DNA of 64,000 nt, from the NCBI RefSeq assembly GCF_001194135.2, contig NC_068984.1:54696932-54760931 (forward strand). The letters run 5' to 3'. Position 1 is the first letter of the stretch, and every line of letters begins with the position of its first letter. This stretch comes from Octopus bimaculoides (Eukaryota). The position numbers and the translations under genes were made by a program. A model generated the notes under the pieces. The model was not told where the DNA came from. It was given only the letters and a program-made list of their open reading frames with translations, and did not search any database. Below, one piece after another: positions 23,848 to 36,825 of the stretch.

Positions 23848-24390
23848 GAGTACACACTCACACGCAGAAAGAGTGAAATATGACTTCATATAACTCTGGT
23901 TTGTCGTAGACGTTGAACTCAGCACTGCGAGCCATGTTTGGAAGTAAATATCTTGATCCTAAAAGTAAATATCTTGATCCTAAAGTTAGTTACAGCGAGC
24001 TATGAACTGTGTAAACTATATCAAAGAAAATCCGGACCAACTATTAGAGAGCTTCTACATGCTTGGTGGAAAGATAAGAGCTAAGTCTCTCTCAACTTAC
24101 CGTCTTGCAAATTACCGACCCACCCCTTAAAAAAGCTTGGTGAGTACAGTCCTAGTTAAACTACACTTGAAAATAAAGCAACAAAAAAGAGAAGTCAACA
24201 ACTGAATCTTTTGACTATTGGTTTACTCCATGAGGAATATACTGGAACTAAAGAAGAAAAATCATCGTCTTATCATCGACCCCATCGTTATTAACTTCTT
24301 CTTCATCATCATTATGAAGAAGAAGAAAAAAAAAGGAGAAGAAGAAGAACAACAACAACTACACAACTGAAGCAATTTGACTGCTTTCAG

Positions 24391-24437
24391 GACAATACAG
24401 TGTAGTGGTTTATCTTTTGCCATCTGTAGACCCACAG
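24391..24437 (+). CDS. Candidate internal exon of a small Cys-rich protein
   Basis: Acceptor TTGACTGCTTTCAG, donor CAG|GTAGAA. 47 nt, phase 2 to 1, (K)TIQCSGLSFAICRPT(G/E); in frame with the 22191-22322 exon. Confidence 0.5.
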
Positions 24438-25350
24438 GTAGAACCACGGAACTGCAAGAGCTAACTTAGCAATCGTTAATTAAGTCCGAACATTTGAAGT
24501 GAATAAATTCCTTGTGAAGAGAAGAAAATACTGACGATGAGTGAAGGGATTGATAAACTCTTCTCTTCATATATATTCCGTAACGTCAAGATTTGTTTCT
24601 TCTCACGGCATCCGAACTTCAACTATTAGTGAGAGTAGGATACCTGTATCTAATATCTGATATTTTCATGACACAACAGAGAATTAAGACTCTTGTAACT
24701 AATGTCACCTATTGACACTTTGATATACTTTTAAAATTTTCATTTGTGTCTAGTTACATTTATCTCCGATTAAATTCTAACTCCATTACGGCAAATTACA
24801 GTTCGGACTAATGCTACTGATTTTCCAATTTGCCGTCACCTAATAGCTGAGACAAGCTTATCAAGAGAATAATTCTGTTCTCCTTACACACTGACACCAG
24901 CTTTCATTACCAAAGTATGCTCAGAACATAAATTAACAAGATGGCGTATTGACAAAATCGTTAGAGTGTCGGATAATGTACCAGCTCTCAGCGATGTCGG
25001 TTCAAATTCTGTCCAAGTCAAATAGGCACATTCTTTCAGGGTCGATAAATAAGAGATCGACTGTTGTGTACTATGTTTTTTTCCCCTAGCACCTTGCATT
25101 CTGAGTTTAATGTGTTTTGAGGTTAACCATTCCATGCCGCGAACGTTCATATGGCTAGAGATTGTCAGACCATTGTTCCTGTACAGGATCGAGGTGTAAG
25201 GAGGTACAAGCATGCATGCCTACATAATACATAAATACATACGTCTGCAAAAAAAATATATATGTATATATATACATATACATACATACACACAGAGGCA
25301 CACAGACACACGGACAGACAGACAGACAGACACACACAGACACAGACACA

Positions 25351-25408
<58 letters not shown>

Positions 25409-25805
25409 ACAATTTATATGTAACAATTTAGCTTGGTGTAAAATTCACCTAAGGGATATTAAATATCCGAAGAATTTACTGGTTTATATTACCTGGATCA
25501 ATAATAATGTTATTCCAATAGGTAAATAAAATGTTTGTATAAAATATGTAAATTGAATTGAATTTTTAATTGAAGTTCTAATCGTTCAATTTATTGTTTT
25601 GTTTCCTATTTCTTATATATATATATATGCATATATGCTGAGGAACCGACTTCGAGAGTTTAGACGATCAAAGCCAGCATAGTGTTTACTTTTACAACTA
25701 CTTATAATAACCTTTTCTCCTTTTCTCGAAACGCTAAGTTGCAAAGTTGTAAAGAAACCGACATCAGTTATCAAACACATCCATACACACTCAGAGCAAA
25801 CTAAT

Positions 25806-25856
<51 letters not shown>

Positions 25857-26340
25857 AAGAAAAATGAACCTCTGAGTAGCCTTTTCCATGGATTTGAATA
25901 ACAAAGACGACTAAAAGTATATTAAATACCATTTAAGACATTTTCCTTGTTCTATATTTAAGAGATAAGGAATTATGTACATATTTCCGGATTATTAACA
26001 TCACGCCCTGGAGGAATGAATTAGATGACAGGAGAATATCATCAAATTTATACAAAATTGGTTGATTAATTTCTCTCTTTTTTTTTTCCTTTTTTTCTGT
26101 CGTCTTCATTTTTCTATTTCTTTCTTTTCGCCTGTTATAAAATTGTAACTTAAAAACTGATGATGTCATTCCATCAACGTGTGGACGCTGGTTACTCTCG
26201 TTCATACTTTACGTTTAAATTTCTGTAATTTTGAATTTTTATCACTTCTTATTTTGAACTTGACAAAGACAGACGTACTGTTGAAACATCGTTCAACTAA
26301 TAAAATATCTTACAATCGAATCGCGCTCTTCATCTTGACT

Positions 26341-26347
26341 AATAATG

Positions 26348-26397
<50 letters not shown>

Positions 26398-27256
26398 NNN
26401 NNNNNNNNNNNNNNNNNNNNNNNNNNNNNNNNNNNNNNNNNNNNNNNNNNNNNNNNNNNNNNNNNNNNNNNNNNNNNNNNNNNNNNNNNNNNNNNNNNNN
26501 NNNNNNNNNNNNNNNNNNNNNNNNNNNNNNNNNNNNNNNNNNNNNNNNNNNNNNNNNNNNNNNNNNNNNNNNNNNNNNNNNNNNNNNNNNNNNNNNNNNN
26601 NNNNNNNNNNNNNNNNNNNNNNNNNNNNNNNNNNNNNNNNNNNNNNNNNNNNNNNNNNNNNNNNNNNNNNNNNNNNNNNNNNNNNNNNNNNNNNNNNNNN
26701 NNNNNNNNNNNNNNNNNNNNNNNNNNNNNNNNNNNNNNNNNNNNNNNNNNNNNNNNNNNNNNNNNNNNNNNNNNNNNNNNNNNNNNNNNNNNNNNNNNNN
26801 NNNNNNNNNNNNNNNNNNNNNNNNNNNNNNNNNNNNNNNNNNNNNNNNNNNNNNNNNNNNNNNNNNNNNNNNNNNNNNNNNNNNNNNNNNNNNNNNNNNN
26901 NNNNNNNNNNNNNNNNNNNNNNNNNNNNNNNNNNNNNNNNNNNNNNNNNNNNNNNNNNNNNNNNNNNNNNNNNNNNNNNNNNNNNNNNNNNNNNNNNNNN
27001 NNNNNNNNNNNNNNNNNNNNNNNNNNNNNNNNNNNNATAATAAAAAAATATTCAGACAAATACATAACAAAAACACCAGGACTTACAAATATATATAACA
27101 TACAGAAAATTGCACTACTGGGTACTGCACACATCCTACGCAAAACACTTTCAATACAGTAAACATAAGAGCACCACAGCAAACCACAGCACATACCCAA
27201 GGCGCACAGAGCTGCGCTCGGTAGTGAAGTGAAAGCACGTTATAAAAATAAAACTA

Positions 27257-27320
<64 letters not shown>
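26341..27320 (+). mobile_element. R4/Dong-like non-LTR retrotransposon 3-prime end embedded in (AAT)n (mostly hidden by a gap)
   Basis: C-terminal IQKIALLGTAHILRKTLSIQ* is typical of RLE-class LINEs. About 100-bp 3-prime UTR, then an (AAT)n tail; (AAT)n also lies upstream of the gap. Confidence 0.7.
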
Positions 27321-27321
<1 letters not shown>

Positions 27322-27344
27322 GAAGAAGAAGAAGAAGAAGAAGA

Positions 27345-27500
27345 ACAGCAACAACATCGAAAATACCTTAGGAATGAAAACCCAGGTTCTAAATTTCCCC
27401 AAGACACTTGATGAAGGCTGGAGGGTATATCAGCCGAAACGTTGTGTTAACAACAAACAAGTTGAGCACAGATATCCGTCATATGTAAATAATGTACCGT
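27345..27500 (+). mobile_element. Hammerhead-bearing SINE (family D) tail, copy 1; core variant TTGATGA
   Basis: ACATCGAAAATACCTTAGGAATGAAAACCCAGGTTC..GACACTTGATGAAGGCTGGAGGGTATATCAGCCGAAACGTTGTGTT..ATGTAAATAATGTAC; homologous to 39880-40020. Confidence 0.8.
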
Positions 27501-27574
27501 TTAAGATATATTCTTATTTTTGGAAATTATCTTCAATTTCAGAAAAGGTAAAACATTCGTCTAGTGGCAAGTGG

Positions 27575-27752
27575 AAACTACTCCGATAGGCATGGTTGTG
27601 TGGTAAGAAGCTTGCTTCCCAACAACATGGTTTCGGCTTCAGTCCCACTGCGTGGAAACTTGTGTGAGTGTTTTCTACTCAAGCCTCGGGCCAACACAAG
27701 TCTTCTGAGTGGATTTGGTAGACGGCAACTGAAAGAATCCTGTCGTATATAC

Positions 27753-27787
<35 letters not shown>

Positions 27788-27940
27788 CATATATATATAC
27801 ATATATANNNNNNNNNNNNNNNNNNNNNNNNNNNNNNNNNNNNNNNNNNNNNNNNNNNNNNNNNNNNNNNNNNNNNNNNNNNNNNNNNNNNNNNNNNNNN
27901 NNNNNNNNNNNNNNNNNNNNNNNNNNNNNNNNNNNNNNNN

Positions 27941-27999
<59 letters not shown>

Positions 28000-28205
28000 T
28001 GTGTCTGTGTTTGCCTCTCCCCACCATTTGACAACCGGCGTTGGTTTATTTGAATCCCTGGAAGCTAGCTGCTCGTCAAAAGAGACCGATAGAATAAGTA
28101 CCATGCTTATGAATTAAGTACTGGGGTCGATTCATTCGACTAAAAATTCAAGGCGATGCCCCAGCATGGCTGCAGTCAAATGACTGAAGCAATTAAAAAG
28201 TAAAA
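27575..28205 (+). mobile_element. SINE family A, full length, with internal microsatellite and gap
   Basis: Head GGTTGTGTGGTAAGAAGCTTGCTTCCCAAC.. and tail CCCCAGCATGGCTGCAGTCAAATGACTGAAGC. Confidence 0.85.
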
Positions 28206-29072
28206 AAAAAGTAGAAAAAATACTCTCAAGAATCAAGAATTTCTTCGTAACAGAGATGCCTTGAACGGAAAGTCTGATTTGCTGGATACAAAAAGACAAC
28301 CTTAGGCACGTGTTTCTACCTTGATAATTGTCATTAGCAAACCAATTGTCCTTATCTGACTCTAGTAAATGAATGACGCAGGCATATATAAAATGAGTAC
28401 AAAATATTTGTTGCCATTGGATGTCAATAAATTGAAGATTATCTTGCCGGATATTTCAAGTACCTTTATTCGTGCTTGCAGTTTAAATTTATATCACTGG
28501 GAACCAAGAGTTATTTCTCTTAGCCCACCTTTTGTTATAATTATGAAAATTACTTAAACTCTTTGGTATTAGCATTTTTTATAATTACAAGTGATTAAAA
28601 GAGAGAAGAATATTTACGGAGGAAGATACTAATATGAAATCCCCTGTATTAGATACTTTAACGTAGGGGAATATTCTATTAACGTATCAACTACATGGAA
28701 GGAATTAATGATTATTTTGGACTATGTAAGAATAGTCTTAGTAAACATCCATCATCAGTATCATCTTCGATATATCTATAGTAAATCAAATTACCTGTTG
28801 ATATTTATACTTCAAAGAGAAATGGATTTAACTTAGATATTTAGGCTCTGAACTAGATATTTAATATCATCATATTCTGTTTAATTCATGTTTACAATTA
28901 TACAACTGCCATTACCGGCGAAGGCACTAGAATCAGCGATTTTTAGAGACTGAGCCATCGAGAATTTTAATGTATTATTTAATATTATAATTGATCAAAA
29001 GACAGAGTGCCGAACTAAATTCATCACAATACTTCTTTTCGTCCTTTTTCATTTCTATCACAAATCCTGCAG

Positions 29073-29114
29073 GATCTAACATGATCTTTCATCTGTTTAC
29101 GGTCAATGAAGTAG
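29073..29114 (+). CDS. Candidate symmetric (phase 1-1) exon of a small Cys-rich protein
   Basis: Long polypyrimidine tract plus CTGCAG acceptor, strong donor TAG|GTAAGA. 42 nt, open only in phase 1: (G)SNMIFHLFTVNEV. Confidence 0.45.
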
Positions 29115-30780
29115 GTAAGAATATTTTAATGTTGATGCAATCGATTATTTCCTGCATCTGTAGAAAATGATAGGTTTAAAGAAATCAGTTTATTACTCTA
29201 GCAATATCTCAAATTAATATGAGATAAAAAATAAAATTGTGTTCCGATTCTGTCATCGTGACAGAAGAACATTGAACCTAGCGAAATATCTGCAACCATT
29301 GACATAGTTTTAACACGTTAGTAATTGACTTACGAAGTGAATAAATTTCGATTTTAAGTAAAAATGACATTAATGGATATAATCCAAAAATATAATTTAT
29401 AATCCATATTTCACAAAATTTGATTATCTAAGCTTCATATACTGTCAATTTTCTTCTTACTTTATAACTTCTTATATATTAAAATGATCATTTGACAGTG
29501 TGACGTTAATGGAAGAGTTTGAAACGATGCGCGTAAAAGATTTGGATTGATGGATATATTTTGAAGCCATCAAAATGTTTACAAATATTGTTCCTTTCTA
29601 TTTATTTCATTAAGTCTATTTTATATAATATGTCTATTACAAATCATTTAATTCATTAAAATTTTCAGACACTTATTTAGTTCCCAAATTTGTAGTATCT
29701 GAAGATCTGCTTTTAAAGAACTACCCATGTGATTATATGAGTACATTTATTCAATAAATTTATAAATGTAATTGAAATCAAAAGTTCTTTATTGTAAAGC
29801 ACAACGTACTTAATGCAATTACTGATAACGAAACTGTTAATAACTAGTATTTTGAATATGCTCCCCAGATTGTTCTTTTCATAAGCTTTGATGTTTTCGA
29901 TTGAACACAATTCCATTTCTAGAGAAGGGGCAAATGAACTTGTCTCTCTCTTTTGGGGGCGTTAGCGTCATAAGTAAAGTGAAATAGATTCAACTAGTAC
30001 ACAATTAATATGGTGCCCCGGTTTGCCGAGAGCATATTTATTATACATTTTTCCTTTTCAATAAAATATATTGAGAAAGAAACGAAGTATATGTTTTAAT
30101 ACATCTAGTTCGGTGTCCTTCAAATCTGATATGAAAATTAATTAGATATTCCTTGAGTTACACATGGAAAAATCTATGATTACTTTTATTTGTGTTCAAT
30201 ATATCATGACTGTTGCTATTCTAGTATATTAGCTCGCTGTAAGAGAATAATTTCTTACTAAAAAGCAGTATTATATTCATAACATGCAACGCTGGTATTT
30301 TCAATTACTAACAATGCATTTAGAGTGGGGACGCCGTTGAAAAAGAGCCAAAGTATTTCCAATTTTAATGAACAGTTGGAGAGCACATATCAATTGATTT
30401 TAACTCAGTTGATTTTTAATACGTGTGTTCGTGTCAACAGTTCAAATAATAAATAGGCTTCGTATATTATAGCAATTTTCCCACTATTTTATGAATTCTT
30501 ATATTTCATAATGACATTTTAATATTACATTAAGAATTGTACCCTGTATATCACCGTACAATCACTTCTAAAAAGAAAGTTTGAATTTCATGGACATTGC
30601 GTGAAAACAAATTTTATGGACATAGTTATAGAATATTGATATTTATTCTGTATTTCATTAAAAATACTGATTTTCCTGTCTTAATATAGTTTGGAAATCT
30701 AATGATGAATAGTGTCTGAGAATTCTCTGAAATTCTCCCAAATTTATAGCAATTATATTGGTGAAAATATCATTTTTCAG

Positions 30781-30818
30781 AGGCTAAGCTTCTTTGTAAT
30801 GAAGAAAACATGCTATGA
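30781..30818 (+). CDS. Candidate terminal coding exon of a small Cys-rich protein
   Basis: Acceptor CATTTTTCAG. Phase-1 reading (E)AKLLCNEENML* supplies a sixth Cys. AATAAA at 31233-31238. Confidence 0.4.
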
Positions 30819-31594
30819 TAATGATCTGCAATGTCATTTACAAAAAAACGCAAAGAATGTTTTTCTAGAATATTTGATATGTAAAACTTGTAGCCATAAA
30901 TATTAACGGTTATGTTACGAATTATGTTACCTAATTATATAACTTAAAGCAGAATATGAAAGATTGTAAAATTTACCATTTTTGTCAATATTGGATTATT
31001 TTAGCATTTTGTAAGTATTATTTTAATAGCTGAACGCCTGGATTACGATAGCCAGTTAATCATTTCAAAACATCGCCACCACCAGTCCTCTACCGCTTAC
31101 ATTATTCTCACTCTTTTCCTCTCTCTCTTGTTAGCAGAATAGGCCACCTGAAGGGGTTAGAAAAGGAGCGCTCGCATCACAACTCGACCAATCCTTTAAT
31201 TTCCCAATCTCTTGATATAGCAAGAAAGAAATAATAAAGATTCTATATGTTACCATGGTGTTTGTGAGACTATTGCACATTTTAAAGTTAACTCCGAGAA
31301 ATTAGTTTGCTTAGAGGGATAAACGTTTTTGATACCATTCAGCATTACTGTAAGTGTAAGCATTAAATGAAATTGTCGAAGGAATCCAAGAAATGATGAA
31401 CAGATTATTTGAAAGAAAATAGCGTAGGTACTGGTTGTCTTGTAAAGATATGAAGAAAGCATTTTCATATCCAGTTTTAATAGGTTTCATCTGAATATCT
31501 TACGTATATGTAATGATCAACAACATTAGTTGTAACTACTTCTGGGAGAACTATAGACTATAGCTAAGAATGAAAAGATAGGAAGGTAGATATC

Positions 31595-31964
31595 CTCGTT
31601 GAAGTTGTCATTATCGTCGCAATCGTCGCCTTCGAGTTACCATCGTCACCATCGTCGCCATCATCGCCATTGTTGTCGTCGCCATCGCCGTCATCATCGT
31701 CGTCGTCGTCGTCGTCATCGTAATCATCATCATCATCATCGTCGTCGTCGTCGTCGTCATCATCGTAATCATCATCATCATCGTCGTCGTCGTCGTCGTC
31801 GTCATCGTAATCATCATCATCATCATCATCATCNNNNNNNNNNGAAGTTGTCATTATCGTCGCAATCGTCGCCTTCGAGTTACCATCGTCACCATCGTCG
31901 CCATCATCGCCATTGTTGTCGTCGCCATCGCCGTCATCATCGTCGTCGTCGTCGTCGTCATCGT

Positions 31965-31995
<31 letters not shown>

Positions 31996-32030
31996 GTCGT
32001 CGTCGTCGTCGTCGTCGTTGCCATCATTAT
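31595..32030. repeat. Compound (CAT/CGT)n trinucleotide repeat, duplicated across a 10-N gap
   Basis: GAAGTTGTCATTATCGTCGCAATCG.. at about 31600 is repeated verbatim at 31844. Confidence 0.9.
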
Positions 32031-33254
32031 CATAAATAGCGTCTCCTATGACGTCTGCCAAAAGAAACGCAGAGTGATTGATTCCGCGCTTTTTTTTTTT
32101 TTTGGCCAAGTCGACCATGATATGGAAAAATATTGAGTGCTGTAACGACCATACCTTTCTCAGTCTCCCATTAGGGATGTGACAAAGAAATAGATCAATT
32201 GCACATTGATACTCTATCACAGGTTCGGTTGATTAAGAACCTGTAATTCTTTGTTTTTGCTCATTACGAAGAGGGCGATTCAATGCAGTATTACAGGGAT
32301 TACAAATAATCAAATCGAAAAGATGAGAAAACTTCCTCGTGGTTGCTAGTTTGAAAGATGAGCAAAACATCTCCGAAATCACACCCTAACACTTTTAAGC
32401 TATCGTGAAAAACGCAGTCCTTAATGTAGAAAATATTGGTGTTTGGGCTATTCTTGCACTACGTACATAACGGTTAGAGACACAAATTATGAAATATCCA
32501 AGCCTTAAATTTTGAACATTGTATTGATTCATTTTCCACTGTTACGTTTAACTACTCAGACAAGCCTTAAACAATGAATAAATAAATGAATAAATAAAAA
32601 ATACCTGAAATGTATGTTGAACTTTTTGAAGAGGAGTCAAAAAGTGTGATGTATGTGACAACACTCGACTAACGTTTTGTGACATGAAAATATTAACTGC
32701 TAATTCCTCTGATTTTTTTTCCAGAACAGCATAAAATGTCTCATGATGTTTATTTACATTGACTTCGAAATTCCAAGAAAAAAAACAGACAAACAAAAAA
32801 AATATGGTAATGATTTTGTTGGACAATTCTCATTTTGCTGGTGTGACGTACGTGACTAAAAAAATAAATGTGACATTTTAACGACAAATATTTTCTGTAT
32901 CTTGCAAATAACGTAGATCGGGAAGAACTTATCTCAACATTAATATCTGGTCGAAAATAAACCATTTCTGGTATGTAGTAATTTTTCTGGGCATTATAAA
33001 AAAATAGCTTGGAATCCTGTCTTAGTTTGACTTTCCTGAGACTGATAGAATGCCTTTGGTCATAGATCTCCATTACTAAGGTTCACATGAACTAAACACC
33101 ATCATCGCCATCACCCCTCTCCCTTTAATTGCACACTTCCGGAAAGATGGTTATAATGGACACTGTAGTACCTGAAACACCGAAAGACGGAATGGCTGCA
33201 GCTGGAACGCCTTTGATCATAAATATGCTCGATCAAGCATAACCTTGTATTGAA

Positions 33255-33435
33255 TAGCGACAACAGCAACAGCAACAGCAGCAGCAGCAGCAGCAGCAGC
33301 TACAACAACAACAGTAGTAACAACAGCAGTAGAAACAACAGCAGTAGAAACAACAGCAGTAGAAACAACAGCAGCAACAGCTACGGCAGAAACAACAGCA
33401 GTAACAACAAGAACAACAAAAACAAACAACAGCTG
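33255..33435. repeat. Compound (CAG/CAA)n repeat with a 15-nt higher-order unit ACAGCAGTAGAAACA
   Basis: Directly visible; it produces the poly-S/N/A/V/C ORFs in the track. Confidence 0.85.
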
Positions 33436-34849
33436 TAATGTCACAGCAACCTCTAAACAGGTGAAAGGCATCTTCAACACAATCACGTCGCAAAAAAGTA
33501 CAGCAAACTATTCTACCTGGCATTCTACGTTTCTATCGAGGCATCATACGTTGAACCATGGGATTCACTCAGTTTTAAAATAATTAAATCGAAGTTTTGA
33601 CGTACAAAATCCAAAATATAAAATACATTTTTAACTTGGAATAGCATAATTGTAACAATCACAGTTCTGTGTCAATATGTAGTTACTTCGTAACTACACA
33701 AGTGGGTGCGGACCGTTGGACTTGCTAGAAATAATAACAAAATCTCCACCATATCACATTTTACCGTCTTATAAAGAAACAGGTACATTAAATTATATAG
33801 TCCTTACTCTGAAGTGTGTCACGAGCAAACGAGATTATTAAATCAGAGCTTATTCCAATTCTTTAATCCTATAAAGTCTTAGCTATTCAATACGGGAGAT
33901 CACGGCTGGAATGTTTTTGATCATAGATCTGCTTAATAGGGTTGGCCTGGGGTTGCACAGCAACAGGAGTTATTTTAGGACTGTGAGTACATCTTGACAA
34001 GTCTATTTAGTTAATACTATGAAGGGTAAGTAGCTACAGTAAGTCAAACTTCATTGTTTGGCCAATTGTTTGTTTCTTGATCAATGATTTTTCAGGAACC
34101 CACACAACATGTTACATGAATGTGATGTGTACCTTAGATGTACTATCTCTAATTAGGAAGCTATGCACTAATGCATCCAAGAACTGTAGACCCAAACATT
34201 TCCTGCTTTGCTTCTTCTGCCTGGCTATACTCCAAAGTAAATGTTTTCCTTCTAAATTTTGCCGTATCTCCGTTCAACAAACTTCGAATTTATAATCAGC
34301 AGTCAATACTTGGTCAACATAGTTACAACTTACTTCTACCCTTCATTTCGAATCTTCATTGCATCTCAATACAAACATTATCTGGAATACAATTAACTGA
34401 ATAATTATTCTACGCATTCATTAACAATGAGGTTTGTGTTCCATGCAGGGGTGTGTATTTATTAAATGTTGAAACGATTGCTGTTTAATATTAGGACGGT
34501 CCATTCTTAATATGAATATTTTAAAGACTGTTGGTTTTAAATATTTAAGGTTTAACACTTATTCTAAATAGAAAAGTTAAAGATACTGTCTTTTCAAAAT
34601 CTCCGGCCAATAACCTTTAATCTCTGGTTTTCTTCACTTAAGTTTTTTAGAGCAGGCTCTTTATGGTTTCGTTTAGTTTCCAACTGAAAAAAGTTTTCAA
34701 CTTCATTGTTGTCTAAATTGATTTCTGTAGATTAAGAATTAATCATTTTTCAATTGTTTCTAGCTGTTATTCAGAAACATATTGTCAATTAGAACATTAC
34801 ATACTCATAGGATTGGTTTCATACAGTGTAATGTATATTTTGATTCACC

Positions 34850-36055
34850 CATAAAGCAATGGGAAAGTTGCAACACCGAGGTTCCTGTGACTGTAAAATC
34901 TTTCGGGCTGGTATTCAGATTAGAACAGAAAGTGGAGACTAGTGAAGGCTGTCAAGGTTGCAGAGTCGCAACTAAGACACAGAATGCTCATGAGTGTTGT
35001 ACCTTGTGGAAAAGCTAACTAGGGTAGTACCACAACACATCACTATGATAGGAAAGATTAATGAACCGGAATGAGGTTCAAGCATCGATTGAGAAGGAAC
35101 GAGCCACGAGTGTTTAGACGAGTACCAGGGAACCTGGTCAAGATACAACAAAGAGCTGGTACTTAAAGTCTCATGGCCCGACATTCTGAGAGTAGAACGT
35201 CTTTGAAAAAACTCCTAATTCTGGCATTTTAAGATGTCCTATCGAACTTATCCAACTTAAGCTGTGGAGAGTTAGAGTCAGCTGCCAGCTCCGGTGCCTG
35301 AGGAGAAAAACTCTGGCGTACATCCTCAGTATCTGTAGAAAAGCCCTGGGAAAGGAACGTTATATCTGGAGGCATGATCGGGCCTTTGAAGTTATAGGTG
35401 ACACCGTCTGAAGTAGCATTAGCCATTGAAAGTGCCCCTGCCAAGCAAAGAAAAATTATCACCTTTGTCGAGGCTGGCTGGAAAAAGGTACCAGCTGTCA
35501 AGTCCTCTTCCCCGAGCCTACTTACAACGGTAAAATATTGGGAGTTGAAAGTTTACGCGGTGAAGTAACTGAACTTTCCAGAAACTATCGCATCAAGATT
35601 ATTAAGGTCAGATGTGGTGCTAATATCAGAAGCATCAAAGACAGTGCGTTTTGTTAGAACTCCCCACTTTCTAGGAAAATCGTATTGAGGAGGTGAATGA
35701 GAATAAGAGACGGAAATATGTTGAGGGGGTGGAGTTATTCCAAAGCAATCGGTGGAGGATAAGGTGTGATCCCATTGAGGGAGAATATAGGTACGCTTCT
35801 CTGATGAACTTGCAACATGCTGGGAATCACAGCAGGTGTGAGGGCATCAAGATTACGATGGAAGCAGCAGAGAGTACCTCAAGGCGGCTTTGGACCAGAC
35901 GGTGGGATCTCTGGAAGGGGTAGTGCTAGAAGGGGTAGTGTTAAAGGGGTTTGATCAACCATGGTTATGCAGCTTGAATGAGGGCGTTTAATTGTTGAAA
36001 GAACCCTAAGAAACACTTAATGAACCCCAAAAACCATCATTGTTGATGTGTCCGG
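34850..36055 (+). mobile_element. HERO-like non-LTR retrotransposon (post-RT region, CCHC finger, RLE, 3-prime UTR), decayed
   Basis: AVKVAESQLRHRMLM..; QGTWSR..KVSWPDI; HILSICRKALGKG.YLWRHD; LNFPETIASRLLRSDVVLISEASKTV..EEVNENKRRKY..MEAAESTSRRLWTRR. The UTR GATCAACC..GTTGAAAG..GAAACAC..GATGTGTCC resembles HERO 3-prime ends. Confidence 0.75.
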
Positions 36056-36344
36056 TTGAGGTATGCAAAAACTTATATATTCTTTCCAATGAATAGCCGA
36101 GTATCTTAGTTATTTTAATAGAAGTGCACATGTCTTCACAAAGATGTCAATTAGTTACAATTAAATTCAAGCAAATTAATCATTAGAAACCGTTAGAAAC
36201 AGATGAAATTCGTGCGATTTCCTAATTTTAGGAAATAATTAATTATCGTACAGGCAGCCGATTTCATGATTTATTTACTAAAGCAACGATCACTTTGATC
36301 CCTTCAGTAGTCCCTTAAACGTTGCTGCTTTAAAATTCAGGGAA

Positions 36345-36825
36345 CGACATTCTATGGTTACGAAGGTTGCCTTCAAGTTCAATTCCGTTGCACGGCATCT
36401 TAAGCAAGCGTCTTCTACTATGACCCGGGTTGACCAATGCCTTTAGATTGAATTTGCTGGACGGTAACTGTGTGGGAGTCCATCGTATAAATATATATNN
36501 NNNNNNNNNNNNNNNNNNNNNNNNNNNNNNNNNNNNNNNNNNTATATATATATATATATAAAATATATATATATATATAAAATATATATATATATATATA
36601 ATATATATATATATAATATATATACGTTCGCGTGTACGTGTGTGCGTGTCTTTGGGATTATGTACGTTACCCAGAATCGCTTGAAACAGTTTATTTATGT
36701 CCCTGTAACTTAGCAGTCGGGCTAAGAAAACTGATAGAACGAGTACCAGATTTAAAAAAAAATAATAAGTTTGTGCCTCAACATGGCTACCGTTCAATGG
36801 CCGAAATGCGAAAAAGTAAAAGTAA
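36345..36825 (+). mobile_element. SINE family A, old copy with internal gap
   Basis: GCAAGCGTCTTCTACTATGACCCGGGTTGACC..(TA)n..GTCCCTGTAACTTAGCAG..CAACATGGCTAC. Confidence 0.7.

Noticed and set aside
31138-31240. Strong acceptor with open readings NRPPEGVRKG.. or IGHLKGLEKE.. as alternative last exon
   Set aside because: Incompatible with the phase-1 donor at 29114 (immediate stop); could be UTR splicing but is unsupported.
31564-32220. 218-aa poly-Asp ORF (and poly-His/Arg, poly-Met/Thr frames), suggestive of an acidic biomineralisation protein
   Set aside because: It is a compound trinucleotide repeat open in several frames, duplicated verbatim across a 10-N gap (probable assembly overlap), with no signal peptide or splice support.
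33217-33523. Poly-Ser/Asn, poly-Ala/Val and poly-Cys ORFs
   Set aside because: A CAG/CAA repeat open on both strands, with no flanking coding context.
35229-35501. Minus-strand ORF MTAGTFFQPASTKVIIFLCLAGALSMANA.. resembling a secreted protein
   Set aside because: It is antisense to the HERO-like retrotransposon zinc-finger region, which explains the sequence.
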